From NCBI GenBank assembly GCA_964016885.1, contig OZ024743.1:256122001-256186000 (forward strand): a stretch of DNA of 64,000 bases. Reading direction: 5' to 3'. Made by a program: the position numbers and the translations under genes. This document shows positions 54,801 through 64,000 of this stretch, piece by piece. Each line of letters starts with the position of its first letter. The first letter of the stretch is position 1. The stretch comes from Eledone cirrhosa (Eukaryota). Under the pieces are notes generated by a model, which saw only the letters and a list, made by a program, of their open reading frames with translations, ran no database searches and was not told the origin of the DNA.

Positions 54801-57800
54801 CCTCTCTCTCTCTCATTTCGTATTTCAAGTCCAAATAGCCATTCTATCGCTAAAACAAACTACATTTTCTGTTCCTATTAAGTGCTAAATACGTTTAGGT
54901 TTTTGGACGTATTTAACTGAACAAATTTTGTATTTTTGTTAATCGCTTGTTAAATGCATAGACAAATCTCAATCATTACCTTCTTGCTAGCTATTTTCAA
55001 ACCTTAATTCCTAACGTATTTTCAAACCCCAAAAAAAGCAAAATCCTTTCCTTCTTCCTTCTTCGAAGGCACGGGGCGGTCAAACGCCTAACACCCACAG
55101 CCATCATGTGGCCCCCTACCCTCGCACTCTCTCTCTCTCTCTCTCTCTCCCTATAAATATATGATAGGAATTCACTTCGCCAAATTTCATTTCTTTGCCT
55201 GCTGTCCGAACGAAAATCATGTAAACGTAAGGTACAGACTTCATCTCTCTCTCCTCTCTCTCTCTCATTTCGTATTTCAAGTCCAAATAGCCATTCTATC
55301 GCTAAAACAAACTACATTTTCTGTTCCTATTAAGTGCTAAATACGTTTAGGTTTTTGGACGTATTTAACTGAACAAATTTTGTATTTTTGTTAATCGCTT
55401 GTTAAATGCATAGACAAATCTCAATCATTACCTTCTTGCTAGCTATTTTCAAACCTTAATTCCTAACGTATTTTCAAACCCCAAAAAAAGCAAAATCCTT
55501 TCCTTCTTCCTTCTTCGAAGGCACGGGGCGGTCAAACGCCTAACACCCACAGCCATCATGTGGCCCCCTACCCTCGCACTCTCTCTCTCTCTCTCTCTCT
55601 CCCTATAAATATATGATAGGAATTCACTTCGCCAAATTTCATTTCTTTGCCTGCTGTCCGAACGAAAATCATGTAAACGTAAGGTACAGACTTCATCTCT
55701 CTCTCCTCTCTCTCTCTCATTTCGTATTTCAAGTCCAAATAGCCATTCTATCGCTAAAACAAACTACATTTTCTGTTCCTATTAAGTGCTAAATACGTTT
55801 AGGTTTTTGGACGTATTTAACTGAACAAATTTTGTATTTTTGTTAATCGCTTGTTAAATGCATAGACAAATCTCAATCATTACCTTCTTGCTAGCTATTT
55901 TCAAACCTTAATTCCTAACGTATTTTCAAACCCCAAAAAAAGCAAAATCCTTTCCTTCTTCCTTCTTCGAAGGCACGGGGCGGTCAAACGCCTAACACCC
56001 ACAGCCATCATGTGGCCCCCTACCCTCGCACTCTCTCTCTCTCTCTCTCTCTCCCTATAAATATATGATAGGAATTCACTTCGCCAAATTTCATTTCTTT
56101 GCCTGCTGTCCGAACGAAAATCATGTAAACGTAAGGTACAGACTTCATCTCTCTCTCCTCTCTCTCTCTCATTTCGTATTTCAAGTCCAAATAGCCATTC
56201 TATCGCTAAAACAAACTACATTTTCTGTTCCTATTAAGTGCTAAATACGTTTAGGTTTTTGGACGTATTTAACTGAACAAATTTTGTATTTTTGTTAATC
56301 GCTTGTTAAATGCATAGACAAATCTCAATCATTACCTTCTTGCTAGCTATTTTCAAACCTTAATTCCTAACGTATTTTCAAACCCCAAAAAAAGCAAAAT
56401 CCTTTCCTTCTTCCTTCTTCGAAGGCACGGGGCGGTCAAACGCCTAACACCCACAGCCATCATGTGGCCCCCTACCCTCGCACTCTCTCTCTCTCTCTCT
56501 CTCTCCCTATAAATATATGATAGGAATTCACTTCGCCAAATTTCATTTCTTTGCCTGCTGTCCGAACGAAAATCATGTAAACGTAAGGTACAGACTTCAT
56601 CTCTCTCTCCTCTCTCTCTCTCATTTCGTATTTCAAGTCCAAATAGCCATTCTATCGCTAAAACAAACTACATTTTCTGTTCCTATTAAGTGCTAAATAC
56701 GTTTAGGTTTTTGGACGTATTTAACTGAACAAATTTTGTATTTTTGTTAATCGCTTGTTAAATGCATAGACAAATCTCAATCATTACCTTCTTGCTAGCT
56801 ATTTTCAAACCTTAATTCCTAACGTATTTTCAAACCCCAAAAAAAGCAAAATCCTTTCCTTCTTCCTTCTTCGAAGGCACGGGGCGGTCAAACGCCTAAC
56901 ACCCACAGCCATCATGTGGCCCCCTACCCTCGCACTCTCTCTCTCTCTCTCTCTCTCCCTATAAATATATGATAGGAATTCACTTCGCCAAATTTCATTT
57001 CTTTGCCTGCTGTCCGAACGAAAATCATGTAAACGTAAGGTACAGACTTCATCTCTCTCTCCTCTCTCTCTCTCATTTCGTATTTCAAGTCCAAATAGCC
57101 ATTCTATCGCTAAAACAAACTACATTTTCTGTTCCTATTAAGTGCTAAATACGTTTAGGTTTTTGGACGTATTTAACTGAACAAATTTTGTATTTTTGTT
57201 AATCGCTTGTTAAATGCATAGACAAATCTCAATCATTACCTTCTTGCTAGCTATTTTCAAACCTTAATTCCTAACGTATTTTCAAACCCCAAAAAAAGCA
57301 AAATCCTTTCCTTCTTCCTTCTTCGAAGGCACGGGGCGGTCAAACGCCTAACACCCACAGCCATCATGTGGCCCCCTACCCTCGCACTCTCTCTCTCTCT
57401 CTCTCTCTCCCTATAAATATATGATAGGAATTCACTTCGCCAAATTTCATTTCTTTGCCTGCTGTCCGAACGAAAATCATGTAAACGTAAGGTACAGACT
57501 TCATCTCTCTCTCCTCTCTCTCTCTCATTTCGTATTTCAAGTCCAAATAGCCATTCTATCGCTAAAACAAACTACATTTTCTGTTCCTATTAAGTGCTAA
57601 ATACGTTTAGGTTTTTGGACGTATTTAACTGAACAAATTTTGTATTTTTGTTAATCGCTTGTTAAATGCATAGACAAATCTCAATCATTACCTTCTTGCT
57701 AGCTATTTTCAAACCTTAATTCCTAACGTATTTTCAAACCCCAAAAAAAGCAAAATCCTTTCCTTCTTCCTTCTTCGAAGGCACGGGGCGGTCAAACGCC

Positions 57801-60800
57801 TAACACCCACAGCCATCATGTGGCCCCCTACCCTCGCACTCTCTCTCTCTCTCTCTCTCTCCCTATAAATATATGATAGGAATTCACTTCGCCAAATTTC
57901 ATTTCTTTGCCTGCTGTCCGAACGAAAATCATGTAAACGTAAGGTACAGACTTCATCTCTCTCTCCTCTCTCTCTCTCATTTCGTATTTCAAGTCCAAAT
58001 AGCCATTCTATCGCTAAAACAAACTACATTTTCTGTTCCTATTAAGTGCTAAATACGTTTAGGTTTTTGGACGTATTTAACTGAACAAATTTTGTATTTT
58101 TGTTAATCGCTTGTTAAATGCATAGACAAATCTCAATCATTACCTTCTTGCTAGCTATTTTCAAACCTTAATTCCTAACGTATTTTCAAACCCCAAAAAA
58201 AGCAAAATCCTTTCCTTCTTCCTTCTTCGAAGGCACGGGGCGGTCAAACGCCTAACACCCACAGCCATCATGTGGCCCCCTACCCTCGCACTCTCTCTCT
58301 CTCTCTCTCTCTCCCTATAAATATATGATAGGAATTCACTTCGCCAAATTTCATTTCTTTGCCTGCTGTCCGAACGAAAATCATGTAAACGTAAGGTACA
58401 GACTTCATCTCTCTCTCCTCTCTCTCTCTCATTTCGTATTTCAAGTCCAAATAGCCATTCTATCGCTAAAACAAACTACATTTTCTGTTCCTATTAAGTG
58501 CTAAATACGTTTAGGTTTTTGGACGTATTTAACTGAACAAATTTTGTATTTTTGTTAATCGCTTGTTAAATGCATAGACAAATCTCAATCATTACCTTCT
58601 TGCTAGCTATTTTCAAACCTTAATTCCTAACGTATTTTCAAACCCCAAAAAAAGCAAAATCCTTTCCTTCTTCCTTCTTCGAAGGCACGGGGCGGTCAAA
58701 CGCCTAACACCCACAGCCATCATGTGGCCCCCTACCCTCGCACTCTCTCTCTCTCTCTCTCTCTCCCTATAAATATATGATAGGAATTCACTTCGCCAAA
58801 TTTCATTTCTTTGCCTGCTGTCCGAACGAAAATCATGTAAACGTAAGGTACAGACTTCATCTCTCTCTCCTCTCTCTCTCTCATTTCGTATTTCAAGTCC
58901 AAATAGCCATTCTATCGCTAAAACAAACTACATTTTCTGTTCCTATTAAGTGCTAAATACGTTTAGGTTTTTGGACGTATTTAACTGAACAAATTTTGTA
59001 TTTTTGTTAATCGCTTGTTAAATGCATAGACAAATCTCAATCATTACCTTCTTGCTAGCTATTTTCAAACCTTAATTCCTAACGTATTTTCAAACCCCAA
59101 AAAAAGCAAAATCCTTTCCTTCTTCCTTCTTCGAAGGCACGGGGCGGTCAAACGCCTAACACCCACAGCCATCATGTGGCCCCCTACCCTCGCACTCTCT
59201 CTCTCTCTCTCTCTCTCCCTATAAATATATGATAGGAATTCACTTCGCCAAATTTCATTTCTTTGCCTGCTGTCCGAACGAAAATCATGTAAACGTAAGG
59301 TACAGACTTCATCTCTCTCTCCTCTCTCTCTCTCATTTCGTATTTCAAGTCCAAATAGCCATTCTATCGCTAAAACAAACTACATTTTCTGTTCCTATTA
59401 AGTGCTAAATACGTTTAGGTTTTTGGACGTATTTAACTGAACAAATTTTGTATTTTTGTTAATCGCTTGTTAAATGCATAGACAAATCTCAATCATTACC
59501 TTCTTGCTAGCTATTTTCAAACCTTAATTCCTAACGTATTTTCAAACCCCAAAAAAAGCAAAATCCTTTCCTTCTTCCTTCTTCGAAGGCACGGGGCGGT
59601 CAAACGCCTAACACCCACAGCCATCATGTGGCCCCCTACCCTCGCACTCTCTCTCTCTCTCTCTCTCTCCCTATAAATATATGATAGGAATTCACTTCGC
59701 CAAATTTCATTTCTTTGCCTGCTGTCCGAACGAAAATCATGTAAACGTAAGGTACAGACTTCATCTCTCTCTCCTCTCTCTCTCTCATTTCGTATTTCAA
59801 GTCCAAATAGCCATTCTATCGCTAAAACAAACTACATTTTCTGTTCCTATTAAGTGCTAAATACGTTTAGGTTTTTGGACGTATTTAACTGAACAAATTT
59901 TGTATTTTTGTTAATCGCTTGTTAAATGCATAGACAAATCTCAATCATTACCTTCTTGCTAGCTATTTTCAAACCTTAATTCCTAACGTATTTTCAAACC
60001 CCAAAAAAAGCAAAATCCTTTCCTTCTTCCTTCTTCGAAGGCACGGGGCGGTCAAACGCCTAACACCCACAGCCATCATGTGGCCCCCTACCCTCGCACT
60101 CTCTCTCTCTCTCTCTCTCTCTCCCTATAAATATATGATAGGAATTCACTTCGCCAAATTTCATTTCTTTGCCTGCTGTCCGAACGAAAATCATGTAAAC
60201 GTAAGGTACAGACTTCATCTCTCTCTCCTCTCTCTCTCTCATTTCGTATTTCAAGTCCAAATAGCCATTCTATCGCTAAAACAAACTACATTTTCTGTTC
60301 CTATTAAGTGCTAAATACGTTTAGGTTTTTGGACGTATTTAACTGAACAAATTTTGTATTTTTGTTAATCGCTTGTTAAATGCATAGACAAATCTCAATC
60401 ATTACCTTCTTGCTAGCTATTTTCAAACCTTAATTCCTAACGTATTTTCAAACCCCAAAAAAAGCAAAATCCTTTCCTTCTTCCTTCTTCGAAGGCACGG
60501 GGCGGTCAAACGCCTAACACCCACAGCCATCATGTGGCCCCCTACCCTCGCACTCTCTCTCTCTCTCTCTCTCTCCCTATAAATATATGATAGGAATTCA
60601 CTTCGCCAAATTTCATTTCTTTGCCTGCTGTCCGAACGAAAATCATGTAAACGTAAGGTACAGACTTCATCTCTCTCTCCTCTCTCTCTCTCATTTCGTA
60701 TTTCAAGTCCAAATAGCCATTCTATCGCTAAAACAAACTACATTTTCTGTTCCTATTAAGTGCTAAATACGTTTAGGTTTTTGGACGTATTTAACTGAAC

Positions 60801-63800
60801 AAATTTTGTATTTTTGTTAATCGCTTGTTAAATGCATAGACAAATCTCAATCATTACCTTCTTGCTAGCTATTTTCAAACCTTAATTCCTAACGTATTTT
60901 CAAACCCCAAAAAAAGCAAAATCCTTTCCTTCTTCCTTCTTCGAAGGCACGGGGCGGTCAAACGCCTAACACCCACAGCCATCATGTGGCCCCCTACCCT
61001 CGCACTCTCTCTCTCTCTCTCTCTCTCCCTATAAATATATGATAGGAATTCACTTCGCCAAATTTCATTTCTTTGCCTGCTGTCCGAACGAAAATCATGT
61101 AAACGTAAGGTACAGACTTCATCTCTCTCTCCTCTCTCTCTCTCATTTCGTATTTCAAGTCCAAATAGCCATTCTATCGCTAAAACAAACTACATTTTCT
61201 GTTCCTATTAAGTGCTAAATACGTTTAGGTTTTTGGACGTATTTAACTGAACAAATTTTGTATTTTTGTTAATCGCTTGTTAAATGCATAGACAAATCTC
61301 AATCATTACCTTCTTGCTAGCTATTTTCAAACCTTAATTCCTAACGTATTTTCAAACCCCAAAAAAAGCAAAATCCTTTCCTTCTTCCTTCTTCGAAGGC
61401 ACGGGGCGGTCAAACGCCTAACACCCACAGCCATCATGTGGCCCCCTACCCTCGCACTCTCTCTCTCTCTCTCTCTCTCCCTATAAATATATGATAGGAA
61501 TTCACTTCGCCAAATTTCATTTCTTTGCCTGCTGTCCGAACGAAAATCATGTAAACGTAAGGTACAGACTTCATCTCTCTCTCCTCTCTCTCTCTCATTT
61601 CGTATTTCAAGTCCAAATAGCCATTCTATCGCTAAAACAAACTACATTTTCTGTTCCTATTAAGTGCTAAATACGTTTAGGTTTTTGGACGTATTTAACT
61701 GAACAAATTTTGTATTTTTGTTAATCGCTTGTTAAATGCATAGACAAATCTCAATCATTACCTTCTTGCTAGCTATTTTCAAACCTTAATTCCTAACGTA
61801 TTTTCAAACCCCAAAAAAAGCAAAATCCTTTCCTTCTTCCTTCTTCGAAGGCACGGGGCGGTCAAACGCCTAACACCCACAGCCATCATGTGGCCCCCTA
61901 CCCTCGCACTCTCTCTCTCTCTCTCTCTCTCCCTATAAATATATGATAGGAATTCACTTCGCCAAATTTCATTTCTTTGCCTGCTGTCCGAACGAAAATC
62001 ATGTAAACGTAAGGTACAGACTTCATCTCTCTCTCCTCTCTCTCTCTCATTTCGTATTTCAAGTCCAAATAGCCATTCTATCGCTAAAACAAACTACATT
62101 TTCTGTTCCTATTAAGTGCTAAATACGTTTAGGTTTTTGGACGTATTTAACTGAACAAATTTTGTATTTTTGTTAATCGCTTGTTAAATGCATAGACAAA
62201 TCTCAATCATTACCTTCTTGCTAGCTATTTTCAAACCTTAATTCCTAACGTATTTTCAAACCCCAAAAAAAGCAAAATCCTTTCCTTCTTCCTTCTTCGA
62301 AGGCACGGGGCGGTCAAACGCCTAACACCCACAGCCATCATGTGGCCCCCTACCCTCGCACTCTCTCTCTCTCTCTCTCTCTCCCTATAAATATATGATA
62401 GGAATTCACTTCGCCAAATTTCATTTCTTTGCCTGCTGTCCGAACGAAAATCATGTAAACGTAAGGTACAGACTTCATCTCTCTCTCCTCTCTCTCTCTC
62501 ATTTCGTATTTCAAGTCCAAATAGCCATTCTATCGCTAAAACAAACTACATTTTCTGTTCCTATTAAGTGCTAAATACGTTTAGGTTTTTGGACGTATTT
62601 AACTGAACAAATTTTGTATTTTTGTTAATCGCTTGTTAAATGCATAGACAAATCTCAATCATTACCTTCTTGCTAGCTATTTTCAAACCTTAATTCCTAA
62701 CGTATTTTCAAACCCCAAAAAAAGCAAAATCCTTTCCTTCTTCCTTCTTCGAAGGCACGGGGCGGTCAAACGCCTAACACCCACAGCCATCATGTGGCCC
62801 CCTACCCTCGCACTCTCTCTCTCTCTCTCTCTCTCTCCCTATAAATATATGATAGGAATTCACTTCGCCAAATTTCATTTCTTTGCCTGCTGTCCGAACG
62901 AAAATCATGTAAACGTAAGGTACAGACTTCATCTCTCTCTCCTCTCTCTCTCTCATTTCGTATTTCAAGTCCAAATAGCCATTCTATCGCTAAAACAAAC
63001 TACATTTTCTGTTCCTATTAAGTGCTAAATACGTTTAGGTTTTTGGACGTATTTAACTGAACAAATTTTGTATTTTTGTTAATCGCTTGTTAAATGCATA
63101 GACAAATCTCAATCATTACCTTCTTGCTAGCTATTTTCAAACCTTAATTCCTAACGTATTTTCAAACCCCAAAAAAAGCAAAATCCTTTCCTTCTTCCTT
63201 CTTCGAAGGCACGGGGCGGTCAAACGCCTAACACCCACAGCCATCATGTGGCCCCCTACCCTCGCACTCTCTCTCTCTCTCTCTCTCTCCCTATAAATAT
63301 ATGATAGGAATTCACTTCGCCAAATTTCATTTCTTTGCCTGCTGTCCGAACGAAAATCATGTAAACGTAAGGTACAGACTTCATCTCTCTCTCCTCTCTC
63401 TCTCTCATTTCGTATTTCAAGTCCAAATAGCCATTCTATCGCTAAAACAAACTACATTTTCTGTTCCTATTAAGTGCTAAATACGTTTAGGTTTTTGGAC
63501 GTATTTAACTGAACAAATTTTGTATTTTTGTTAATCGCTTGTTAAATGCATAGACAAATCTCAATCATTACCTTCTTGCTAGCTATTTTCAAACCTTAAT
63601 TCCTAACGTATTTTCAAACCCCAAAAAAAGCAAAATCCTTTCCTTCTTCCTTCTTCGAAGGCACGGGGCGGTCAAACGCCTAACACCCACAGCCATCATG
63701 TGGCCCCCTACCCTCGCACTCTCTCTCTCTCTCTCTCTCTCCCTATAAATATATGATAGGAATTCACTTCGCCAAATTTCATTTCTTTGCCTGCTGTCCG

Positions 63801-64000
63801 AACGAAAATCATGTAAACGTAAGGTACAGACTTCATCTCTCTCTCCTCTCTCTCTCTCATTTCGTATTTCAAGTCCAAATAGCCATTCTATCGCTAAAAC
63901 AAACTACATTTTCTGTTCCTATTAAGTGCTAAATACGTTTAGGTTTTTGGACGTATTTAACTGAACAAATTTTGTATTTTTGTTAATCGCTTGTTAAATG
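48855..64000. repeat. 452-bp satellite, ~33.5 near-identical copies, running off the window end
   Basis: atttctttgcc at 48855, 49307, 49759, 50211 and onward. The only variants noticed are t>c at 50081, extra CT at ~50620 (+4), ~60120 and ~62830 (+2), and extra CG at ~54171. Confidence 0.98.

Noticed and set aside
50471-63028. ORFs in the satellite
   Set aside because: They appear only in units where a CT-length change shifts the frame, and have no protein-like features.

Overview
AT-rich, repeat-dominated eukaryotic (animal) DNA full of (TA)n microsatellites. The repeat landscape resembles octopus/cephalopod DNA, but that is inference. No intact host gene is visible. Recognisable elements: decayed RTE-clade LINEs (one family has a PHD finger inserted in the RT), tRNA-derived SINEs, Penelope-like GIY-YIG remnants, a mariner relic, an internally deleted Helitron, a homogeneous 452-bp satellite filling the last 15 kb, and probable exons of a decayed minus-strand gene. 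The most striking signal is non-coding: many type I hammerhead ribozyme (HHR) motifs (CUGANGA...GAAA...NUH with paired helices), read by eye, in short elements inserted in (TA)n tracts. These include a young 310-bp tandem array with one minimal HHR per unit (retrozyme-like) ending in a fold-back inversion, and a family whose stem I shows compensatory base changes. No folding or database search was run.
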